Assembly (NCBI GenBank): GCA_965235115.1
Contig: OZ249445.1
Span: 26,102,001 to 26,166,000 of the forward strand
Source: Laetmonice hystrix
Taxonomy: Eukaryota
DNA: 64,000 nt
Reading direction: 5' to 3'
Shown here: positions 53,564 to 64,000 of the stretch, one piece after another
Layout of the letters: the number at the start of each line of letters is the position of its first letter
Numbering within the stretch: the first letter of the stretch is position 1
The notes under the pieces: generated by a model
What the model was told of the DNA's origin: nothing
The model's database searches: none
What the model saw: the letters and a program-made list of their open reading frames with translations, nothing else
Translations under genes and position numbers: made by a program

Positions 53564-55185
53564 GTGCGCTTCCTCCGGAAGGATTCACATTCCGTGGTTG
53601 GTTATTTTCACAATCAGATATCGGAATAGGTCATCATGGTATGGTGATTAATTATCTTTTTAATTATCTATTTTGCAATTTTGTTTTTTTAATGGAGGAA
53701 GCAGAAGAAGAGTCCAGACAAAACAGCCGTTTTTTAGACGTTAGAAACTGAATTGTTTTTTCCCTCAATGTTACAGAACGCGGGTATTTTGCGCCATTTA
53801 TTGCCGTTTTTATGTACAATGTATTTTACAGCTATTATTCATCGTTTGAGGTAAAAGAAATGTAATTACTCTTGGCAACAGAGGAACCATAGTTAGCGTT
53901 GTGCTTAGGTTTAAAATCAAATTTGTGCCTGTATTATATCCAACCTAAGATGCTTTCTGTAGTTGCAACTCCTTACCATTGAGAATCGTTAGGTGATTGA
54001 GAGACAGGGTCTAGGATAGACTAAGTACGTCAGCGCGATACTGCTGGTCGAGGATGAGGGTGAAAGATTGGAGGTGAGGTCAAATTGTAGGGGGAAACAT
54101 GCTGGGCCACCACCCCCTATATTCCACGGTCAATCTATTGTAAGTGTTGTCTGAGTTAGAGGTGTAGGCCGGGGGGGGTGTAGAATGGGATGATGGGTAA
54201 TAACATAGGAAATGAATAACTTAAAAAAAAAACACCGCAAAAACCTGCTGGTTGAAGCTTGTATTAATGGCGTCAGTAAATAATCCGCCAACAATACTGT
54301 CATTGTTATAGAAACGCGAGTTTTACATTTGGCGTCCTTGGCCCACTGACCTCAGATTGCTGGGAGTCTATCGTAGATGTATGGTGTTGCCTACACTTGA
54401 TTACAGAGGTAGGAGAAATCATCCTACCTCAACCTCAACTTACACTACGGGTACGCCAAACACAAGGCAGTCAATGTAGGCTGAGGAACACCTCTACCAC
54501 TCTACCAACCGTCTGGAGGTGTGGGGGGGGGGGGGGGTCTGGCCAAGGCTGTTGGGGCCAGAGGAAGGAAGGTGCACGTCTGCTAAAAACAATATAAAAT
54601 AAACGTTGGCATATTTGCCCTCTCCCATTTTAATATTTCCGGTGGATGTTCATGACTCAGGTTTGTCGGTATGCACACTGACATGTGTGGTGTTTAGAAT
54701 CCCCCCCCCCCCCCTCGGTATATATGCTGCTAAGCAAACCCCGAGTGTTCAATCAATGCCTATGTCCCATAACCCCCCCCCCCCCCGGCTTGGAATCAAA
54801 CATCATCCACTATCATCTTTCACCACTTTCATCATTATTATCATCGCCATCATCATTATCGTCGCCATCACCCTTATCATCAAACTACAGGGCCACACAG
54901 CAATAAGTCCTTCTACCAAAGAATGAGTTCCATTCTTGTCATGACAGTGATCAGTAGCAGCACAAAATTGCATACCTATCCACCATTCAACCATAGTAGA
55001 AGTTAGCAGAGAAAGGCCTTAATAGCCAGTGACATTCATGGCCGGCGTTAGAAAGATTTGAACGTATTGAAACATCAACGGGGAGACAATTATCTGATGT
55101 AGTTACGTCGAGATTCGACGTCAGAGCCAAAGTGCAGCTATTGTCAAGCTGCCGTCGGCCAAGCCGAGACATAAACAGCCATTTG

Positions 55186-55316
55186 ATTGGTCCCCTCACG
55201 AAAGACGTAAGATGAACGGCGTCTTGTTTGGGAAGCCACTCCAAACTCGCGCCAGCTCGACCGCTGCGTGACGTCATCGCCAATCAATCGATGCCATTAC
55301 ATTCGCTGTGCGCATG
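55186..55316. promoter_or_regulatory. Promoter-like cluster: inverted CCAAT, perfect CRE, CCAAT, NRF1-like site
   Basis: ATTGG 55186-55190, TGACGTCA 55269-55276, CCAAT 55280-55284, TGCGCATG 55309-55316. Confidence 0.5.
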
Positions 55317-56398
55317 TCGCTTCTTTTGTTGATTTCCTTTTTGATCCTCTCGTTCCTCTAGATGTACTTGATCACAGCAGCGGCAGGAACGGTGTATTAT
55401 TATATAGTATACATGGGAGGGGAGGGGGAGTTGTTGGGTGCTCATGAAATGAGAACACTGACATTCATGTGTCAGTGATACAACACTTTAATAGACTGCG
55501 TCACACGTGTATGACGTCATCTCTGGCAACAATCGATTACGATTCGGACCTGGCGAAGAAAGGTGAAAACACCTCTCAAGGCGACCCCCTCCCCCCCCTC
55601 CCCCCTTCACACGTCAGCCTTGTGTGCCGAATGATCCTAGATAAGCCACTTTCCAGAACGTCTGGGATGCCGACTGCGAAAAGGGAGTGGAGGATATGAA
55701 TGTGTTCATCACTGAACCGAGAGAGTCGGTCGTAAATCTTGGAACAACCGCCGCTCAAAATGTGGCGTGTTTCTTCGCCACGTGGCATGGAGTGGCACGC
55801 GTTGGGGCACAGTAGGCGTAATTAAACGGACGTAACCGTTCTATCTGTCGTCACACCCGCCTGAATTACGCCACACAAAAACATTAGTCACGTGTGGACA
55901 ATATCAGAACATCGCTCGTGAATCTCGCGGGATGGCTAGAGATGGTTGTATATGATCGCTGAAACTAGAATAAAACCTGTACGGTGGAGGGGACCGGCTC
56001 GCAGTGTAATTTGTCCACCAGATTGTACTCGGCGTTGTTTGACGATTATATAACATGTTGATGGAGCTGAGGATCGTAATATGTTCGTAAGACCGAGAGT
56101 CTGGAGAGTACACTGCGCTTGAGGGTTCTTTTGGTGGTTGTCTTGTAAAGGGGGATGTCCCATTACGTGGGAGTCGAATACCGCATCGTGCTTTATGAGT
56201 TTGTGATACACTTGCTGCAGGTCTGCGGACAGACTAGCCGCCTCGATATGATCCTGTTGCGGCTAGGTACGTCCGAACGGCTAGTTATGTCCGACAGATG
56301 TCCGCAAACATCAGCTAGATGTGTCCGGTACCGGACACATTTAGCTGACATTTGCCGACATATCCGGATTATCCTCTAGATTGCGCCTATATAAAACT

Positions 56399-56416
56399 GA
56401 CCACCAGATGGCAGCA
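56399..56416 (+). promoter_or_regulatory. CTCF-like motif (CCACCAGATGGCAGCA)
   Basis: Essentially canonical CTCF core on the plus strand. Confidence 0.55.
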
Positions 56417-56491
56417 TCCATCACAGATACCACCAATACCTGCAATGTGGATATTGAGGTTATGCAGGTGACGTATTTTGGAGGGACAAGG

Positions 56492-56910
56492 GTCGGGGCC
56501 CATAAATCTTTGCCTAAAAATTGACGTAGCGTTGACGTAAGAAGTAGAATGCTACTTCTTATACCGATTTGACGTAGGCCCGCCTCCGTCCAAGTGGAGA
56601 GCCTCGGTAGGGACTTTTCTTTGGCGTGATGTGGGCCTATTTCAACGCTACATCTATTTTTATTATAACTTTAATGGCACCACATAGAGTATGTTCCTCG
56701 TGCCACCATGAAACTTCATATATGTTGATGTAACATTATAAACTACATTAATTCAAAGTTTCGTATATTAATTCTTATTTTAGGAAGTTACGCAGGCAGG
56801 CTCCACCTGCGTAGAAATAAGCCCCTTACGTCAGTTACGTCAGTTACTTCTATTTGACATAAGTGATTATGGGCTATCTAAATTCTGACGTAACATTTAT
56901 GGGACCCGAC
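56492..56910 (+). mobile_element. 419-bp MITE, copy 1
   Basis: 16-bp TIR GTCGGGGCCCATAAAT / ATTTATGGGACCCGAC; AT-rich non-coding interior. A near-identical inverted copy lies at 58611-59031. Confidence 0.85.
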
Positions 56911-58235
56911 CAAGAAACCGAGGCACATTTATAAATAGGCCCTGGACAATAGAAGCCGATGAACCGTGACCCAACTCCGCCAATGCACATGCACATGCAC
57001 ATAAACACGCTGTTTCCCTCCAAATGACGTCACTGCATAACCTCTATTGACGCTTGGTGTCACGCTGTTGAAAACCTGACAGTACGAAGAGTTCGGCTCC
57101 ACGAGGGAGAGGTGAGGCTGAAACTCGAAGATCCATGGACAACTCTTCTAAAAGGGATCTAGAAATAGAACCCGTACGCCGTCAGTGTGCTCAATCTGCG
57201 GCAAGGTTCCAAACCAGTTGACTCTCAATGGGCTATCGTGTGTCTCCAGATACGAACGTGAGGACTTGGACCCTGAAGAGTCAGACCAATCCCTGATTTT
57301 TCAGTTGTGTTCTTTATATTTTTTTCTTCTAGTTTCAGCGATGTATGCAAAGTTTACATCTAGCTGCTATTAGCGGGCATATCAATTTCTCCGGACACAT
57401 CTAGCTGATGTTTACGGACATATCTCCTGTCGGACATAACTAGCCGTTCGGACATATCCAGCCGGAACAGACCCTTGCTGTTGCTGAGGAATAAAACCCA
57501 GAATGAGAAACATCGTCCTGTCCGTTCCATAGATTGAGATTTCGCTAACACGATCGTTGGTTGCCTGACGAGTGTAGGCGGAGTCAGAATCACCCTTCCA
57601 GTGAGGTAAATCCTCAGTAAAGCAGACCACAATTAAATTACTCAAGTGATCCATCCTTGTACCTATTCATTGGAATGTGTTTGTCTGCGAGGAAACCTAA
57701 TATCGCTTTTTCACGGGAGAGGGCGCTCGGAACTCTACAAGGTTTGATATTTCACGAGACCGTGCGATGGCCACTGCAGGACAACGGGGCGTTCTGTGCA
57801 GGAGCGCTATATCCCGCTGGCTGTAAACGTGCGGGTCATATTGAAGTGGGACAGTAGGTAGTTGCTTGTTTAGCAGCTTGACAGGGTCGTGGTATTCAGA
57901 CCATTGTAGATTATCCCAAGGGAATGCTAACGACTTGCGATTGGGAACCACGTCAGTTTTTCCTTTGTGTTTTGAAACATGTTGCCCATTTGGGTACATT
58001 TCAGTACAAGGAGAGGTTTCTTAAAAACGACTGACGAAAAGATGTGAACGTTTCTTTTCTGCCCCCTTTTCTGTATTTGGTTCATTATGTGGCAGTAGAT
58101 CCTAGAATATAAAACATGGATATGAGAGGCAGAGAGATTGCGGCAAGCCGTGGGTCATCATTCATACATAACGCGTCATTAAAAGAAGTATAAGTTGTTT
58201 CATATAGTGTTCATGTCCCTACCCGCCCACTTGTT

Positions 58236-59076
58236 CAGGTCTTAACTGACAACTGGTCTAAACTGACAAGAGTTGTCAGTTTAGGTCCAGGTCTAAACTG
58301 ACAAATAATGATCACTATAGTGCTGGAATGATGAACTGATTCCCAATGACAGGAATGTAGCCTGCATTGCTTCTTACAACAACCAAAAATATTGGCAGCG
58401 CATGTTTTGTTGTTTTGTGTGTCGCATCTAACAAAATACTTGGAATACCTGTAAGAACAATATTATTAGAGAAAATGATAAAGTGGAACCTTTATTTCTA
58501 TAGTGCCTTTCACAGAGAGCAATTATCGTTAGGTGTTGTCATCTCCTGAATCAGTTCAAATTAGTGATTACCATTGCAGCGGCTAGTAATCATTATTTGT
58601 CAGTTTAGACGTCGGGTCCCATAAATGTTACGTCAGAATTTAGATAGCCCATAATCACTTATGTCAAATAGAAGTAACCGACGTAACTGACGTAAGGGGC
58701 TTATTTCTACGCAGGTGGAGCCTGCCTGCGTAACTTCCTAAAATAAGAATTAATATACGAAACTTTGAATTAATGTAGTTTATAATGTTACATCAACATA
58801 TATGAAGTTTCATGGTGGCACGAGGAACATACTCTATGTGGTGCCATTAAAGTTTTAATAAAAATTTATGTAGCGTTGAAATAAAGGCCCACATCACGCC
58901 AAAGAAAAGTCCCTACCGAGGCTCTCCACTTGGACGGAGGCGGGCCTACGTCAAATCGGTATAAGAAGTAGCATTCTACTTCTTACGTCAATGCTACGTC
59001 AATTTTTAGGCAAAAATTTATGGGCCCCGACACTGACAACTGTTGTCAGTTTAAACCAGTTGTCAGTAAAGACTTG
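58236..59076. mobile_element. Host element with ~82-bp TIRs built of ACTGACAA motifs; right TIR interrupted by MITE copy 2
   Basis: The left TIR (58236-58317) matches the reverse complement of 58584-58610 plus 59032-59076, apart from a missing 10 bp. Confidence 0.8.
58611..59031 (-). mobile_element. 421-bp MITE, copy 2 (inverted relative to copy 1)
   Basis: By eye about 6 substitutions and one 2-bp indel versus copy 1 (~98% identity); same TIRs. Confidence 0.85.
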
Positions 59077-59536
59077 CACACCCTCACTCCAATGTCTCAA
59101 TCAGGCTTTGCAAGTCTACAAACTTGTTACCAATGGCCATTTAGTATTATATGCAGTGCCTCTAGACAGATTGTAGACTATATTGGAATCAAGGGTGAGG
59201 GAACCCACCAACCTTGCAGTAAGTAACCCACAAAGCACCAAGCTGTTTGAAAACGACCCTTCGCCCTTGAGCGTGAACTTGTTAGGGAATCGATACAGAT
59301 GAGACAACCCTGATGAAATAAGAACAGTCCGGGCATCCTGACTGAAGACGACGTCGAAGCTTACCATTAGTAGTGCCGCCAATGACAATGGTGGACAAGT
59401 CCCTTGGTTTACCGTATGTGTATCGATATTGTTCCTGCACGCCATTTTGCAGTACTTATATTCATACTCAAGGGCGCCAAGGTTAAAGATGAGAGCGGCG
59501 GTTGCTGTGATGCTGTCTTGAATTACTGAAAGCAGG

Positions 59537-59713
59537 NNNNNNNNNNNNNNNNNNNNNNNNNNNNNNNNNNNNNNNNNNNNNNNNNNNNNNNNNNNNNNNN
59601 NNNNNNNNNNNNNNNNNNNNNNNNNNNNNNNNNNNNNNNNNNNNNNNNNNNNNNNNNNNNNNNNNNNNNNNNNNNNNNNNNNNNNNNNNNNNNNNNNNNN
59701 NNNNNNNNNNNNN
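59537..59713. other. Assembly gap (177 N)
   Basis: Run of N in the sequence. Confidence 0.99.
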
Positions 59714-60468
59714 CTCTGTCTCTGCTAGTAGTAGTTATCACAAGGTGCCAATCGATCCACTGTTTCGGGATAAAACGAGGGGACGACTTCCGCGCCAGAC
59801 CCCTCACGGGCGAGCTTGACTTCCTCATTAACTCCCCCAGCTTTCCTGGCCGTGAGAACTTCGTTCAGCTACTGGCCAGCGTGAATTCTCATATATTATA
59901 ACATCAGGCTAGAACAAGATTTAAACAGGATTTTCATTCCTTCTTTTGGGGCACATGAGCTAGCCTCGAAGACTGCTTTAATAAATTATTATTCGTGCAC
60001 CATGGCTAAGGGTGTCAATCGGGCTGCTATGACCTCGCGTAGATATTGCATAGGTAGTCTGTGCCGTGATTCCTTAAACAGGAATTCCTTGGGGTGCAGA
60101 GTGAAAGCTTCGCAACTGAGGAGATGGATGGATTCCACCGGGCTGCATGGATCCTATGCAGACTGAAATCCCTGACGTGTCAGAAAACGAGATAAATACC
60201 AGAAGAATTCGATTAGTGGCACCTTTATTTACGCCGTTCAGCCGGGGCTATTTATTGACACACACACGGCTTGCGTGACGATTTGCTTTTGTCTACGTTG
60301 CCAGTAACGTCACTGTGATGTCAAATGGATTGGTGCATTATTTGCCTTCGATATCATTTCTGTTATTTTTATACTACCATGATTTTTCTCATCATATTCT
60401 TTATACCATAGCCCAACTTATCATTCCTGTCATCATCTATTTCAAAATACAATGCCCACAAATCTATC

Positions 60469-61138
60469 GACCTTGGGGCCCACAACATTGGTTATTGGTT
60501 AGGCTGCCTTTTTTTCACCAGGACCTTGGGGCCCACAACATTGATTATTGGTTAGGCTGCCTTGGTTTCACCAGGACCTTGGGGCCCACAACATTGGTTA
60601 TTGGTTAGGCTGCCTTGGTTCCACCAGGACCTTGGGGCCCACAACATTGGTTATTGGTTAGGCTGCCTTGGTTCCACCAGGACCTTGGGGCCCACAACAT
60701 TGGTTATTGGTTAGGCTGCCTTGGTTCCACCAGGACCTTGGGGCCCACAACATTGGTTATTGGTTAGGCTGCCTTGGTTTCACCTTGGGGCCCACAACAT
60801 TGGTTATTGGTTAGGCTGCCTTGGTTTCACTAGGACCTTAGGGCCCACAACATTGGTTATTGGTTAGGCTGCCTTGGTTTCACTAGGACCTTAGGGCCCA
60901 CAACATTGGTTATTGGTTAGGTTGCCTTGGTTTCACCAGGACCTTGGGGCCCACAACATTGGTTATCGGTTAGCCTGCCTTGGTTTCACCAGGACCTTGG
61001 GGCCCACAACATTGGTTATTGGTTAGGCTGCCTTGGTTTCACCAGGACCTTGGGGCCCACAACATTGGTTATTGGTTAGGCTGCCTTGGTTTCACCTTGG
61101 GGCCCACAACATTGGTTATTGGTTAGCCTGCTTTGGTT
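60469..61138. repeat. Minisatellite 7, 53-bp unit (47-bp variant), ~13 units
   Basis: Unit CCTTGGGGCCCACAACATTGGTTATTGGTTAGGCTGCCTTGGTTTCACCAGGA. The variant lacks AGGACC. Confidence 0.96.
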
Positions 61139-64000
61139 CGAGCAGAGAGCTTTCTTTGAGAGACTAAGAAGAGGATGTTCCGTTGAGTCGATGTTGCGAG
61201 TCGAGCAGCAGCTGGACGAAGATTGTCTAAGATTAACGAGCGAGGAGGAGACGGTAGTGCTGCCAAGTGGCGATAGATGACCAACACAACCAACACCGTC
61301 ATGCCATCCCCACCGCAACAGTTCACTTTATTTGCCTCTCATCCATAACCATAGTCGGATAAAAACCATTATGGATAGCATTATTTTGTCCGTAGCTTCA
61401 AATAAATGTGCTCAAATCATGACAAATGGAAGCTTTTTTTTCAAAGCAGGAAGAGGATTCATAAATTGGTGGACATCGACTTCGTTGTCTTCTGCTACGT
61501 GAGCGGAAATGGATAGCGGTCGGAGGCTTTAGTGGTGATATGGCAATAAAAACGGCAAGAGGGTGCAAAACGACAGGCAAAGGCCTTCAATACACAAAAG
61601 AGCCTGGCCGTTTAATTTCCTGACCCCTTTTGGATATATATTCTACAATAAATGACTGTCTGTGACAGTAGGCGGCTGATCTGGCGGGAAGATGGATAGG
61701 CGCTTCCTGTGGGCTAAGAGACCGACCCAGGGCATGGATCCAGGAGGTAGAGCCAGGCGAGCTGACTGACAGTGGAATTACATGATACAGGCCGCACTAC
61801 ATCCCATATCCCCCTTCCACCTACCACCCCACGGTCCGGTCGGACCCCCCCCCCCCCCCAACCCGCCAGCAGCCACCAGAGAGACTTAAACAGTCAAACG
61901 ACTTGTCATTCATCTCTTCACAAAGTTTCCAGGTTTTACACAGTGTTTCAAAAGTTTGTGGGACTCGGCGTCAGACCCCTTTTTTGACCCCTCCCCCCTC
62001 CCTCCCCCCTCCGCCGACGGAACCGGATTAGGTAATTCCCCGAGTCTGACGAGCTCCAATCACGAGCGAGCAAGGAAGGCCTTCTGTTCTCGATCGACAT
62101 GGCGATTTCTATGGGGGCTTCCTGTTGAAAGCAATCGACATGGGTGCGAATAGCGACGGCAATTGCAGGACGTCGATATCTATAGTAAGTTGGTGGAGCA
62201 CGGACGGGAGACGATGTCTTACATTGGCGGGCAAGGGGCGCGGTCGATGGCAAGTCCTTCGTTCCTTCTTACGTCTCGCTTCTCTTGTTATCGCCGTCGG
62301 AAATAAGCAGTTCGCTCACATCTAGGCTTTCTTGAGTGAGGTTAAAAAAACTTTAAAACCACTTTTAAAGGGGAGGGAAGAAGGGCATAAGATAGGTAGG
62401 CTTAATTTATCATATCAATTTCATCATCATTCTCGTTATTCTTTTAATCTATGGGGTCGCCTATGAGGAAGCTACAAGTTAATAGCCAAACGTTTCCTGG
62501 ATGGCTGCGACAAATGTGGCGAGGGCTGGTGTGGGGAAGTGGTCACATGTCGGATTGTAAAGGCATTTGCGTGGCACCGGTACATTTCCATCATTCCAGT
62601 ACCATTTTTCTCACTAGAACTCCCCAGTGCTCCACAACTGGATAATCAAAGGTTGTGGTATGTCCAGCCATGTCTGTCCGCTGGGCATATAAAGGAACCC
62701 TTGACATTTTTCGAAAAGAGTAGGGGATTGCCTCCCGGTGGCAGGTTTCATTCTCACTTCATCCTCATCACCACCCACCCCCTGGGACTCGGGGGTAAAA
62801 TAGGTCCCTTAACTGAATTAAATGGTTCCTGTCGCCCTGAATATGACTGGAATGCTGTTGGAAGGGCGTAAAACCTCCGATTGACTCACTCACTCAATCA
62901 CTCACTCACTTACGCGTAAATCTACACAACTCAAATCCAAGCTAACCTTCCCTGTACACATCTAGATGGTCACCATTATTATCAGTGATTCATCATTAAC
63001 AAGGAACCAATATTATTGTAATAAAGTTGGCGCAATCTGTTGAAGGAACCAGCAATGTTTGTGATGGTCGCTAACTTGTGAAATGACTGAACTTTTCCAG
63101 GACAACTAACAAAGATAATCGAACCCGACTTTGGTGACGTTTCCTATTGTCTCGGGTTTCCGTAGAAAGTTTGGATTATGTAACCTCATCCGCTTGGGAC
63201 GTCACAGCTACAGATCTTGGCGCAGAATAATAAGTGAAGTCAATTATAATTAGCTTAAGGCCAATTATGCTTGAATTTCGCTGATTCAGAATAACAACAA
63301 GCTAATTACACTAAACTTTGGCACAATTGATGAGCAATGATTGGAGTTTTCCACATAGTGAGTATGACCATTGTGCCTAGCGTCACTTTCGTATAAAAGC
63401 GGGAAGAGAAATCGTATCTGCTAAAACTCTTTGAGAAAATCCATGGCTGTCAAAAGTTCTAAAAATATACTATTGAGGTAAAATCCAGCGTAGATGGACA
63501 GCACCATGTACATATGTTTCCCCCTTGACAACTGATACAGGCAACTGGTGATCGTTTTGGTATATTTCACTGACCACCAGGGTCTATAAAGACAGACCAC
63601 CGGGGTCGACAACGGTAGACCACCGGGTGACTTACTGTAGTACTCAGACCAGGTGTAAGTGATCAGTATTGCAGCCGGGAAGGAGGGGCCGGGGGGGGGG
63701 TACAAACACCAACTTTTCAATTTGGGACCTGATTGACGTGCTAAACCCCCATTAATTTTTCCGGGGCAGGTGGTGAGAATACTACTTTTCCCACCCAATT
63801 TTCTTTTTGTTCTTCAGCCCCTGCTCCGTGACCATAAGAGCGAAGGGTATAACGCTTCTCTATATCAAAGTATGAAGTCAGCAGATAGACCTCTTCTCGT
63901 GTTACAAGGAGAGATTTCCCAAGGGGTATATTCTACCTGTGTATGCTGTCGATCTGCCAGAATCTGCTCGAGTCTAATCTGGGTTTTGGCACCGTGGGAG

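Larger units (their letters stand above)
56254..57470. mobile_element. Fold-back structure: ~75-bp inverted repeats (56254-56327 / 57391-57470) enclosing further nested inverted repeats
   Basis: GTCCGAACGGCTAGTTATGTCCGACA...AAACATCAGCTAGATGTGTCCGG recurs as its reverse complement. An inner inverted pair lies at ~56452-56488 / ~57012-57046. Confidence 0.65.

Noticed and set aside
59523-59828. 101-aa ORF spanning Ns
   Set aside because: Open only because N codons are not read as stops.
2057-61138. CRISPR arrays (palindromic repeats of 40-65 bp)
   Set aside because: Units are head-to-tail with no unique spacers, there are no cas genes, and the context is eukaryotic.

Overview
This is eukaryotic (metazoan, probably marine-invertebrate-like) genomic DNA. 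It is mostly intronic or intergenic, CpG is plentiful, poly-G/C runs are frequent, and there is one 177-N assembly gap. I found no prokaryotic genes, CRISPR array, rRNA or intact tRNA, and no protein I can name. About 10 kb (roughly 16%) is seven unrelated minisatellites with 40-65 bp units, and these account for the longest ORFs in the track. Six of the seven carry short dyad symmetry inside each unit. The 56.2-59.1 kb region holds a nest of non-autonomous inverted-repeat elements. Two ~98% identical 420-bp MITE copies lie in opposite orientation, and one replaces exactly 10 bp of another element's terminal repeat with no target-site duplication. Also present are Harbinger-like and Tc1/mariner-like MITEs, a tRNA-derived SINE, several promoter-like motif clusters, and four strong CTCF-like motifs in a divergent arrangement. 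One convincing minus-strand coding exon (32898-33029) belongs to an unidentified gene. I cannot demonstrate a new biological system from sequence alone. The best leads are the palindromic minisatellites, the nested MITE complex, the 42-bp array that may be coding, and the orphan exon.
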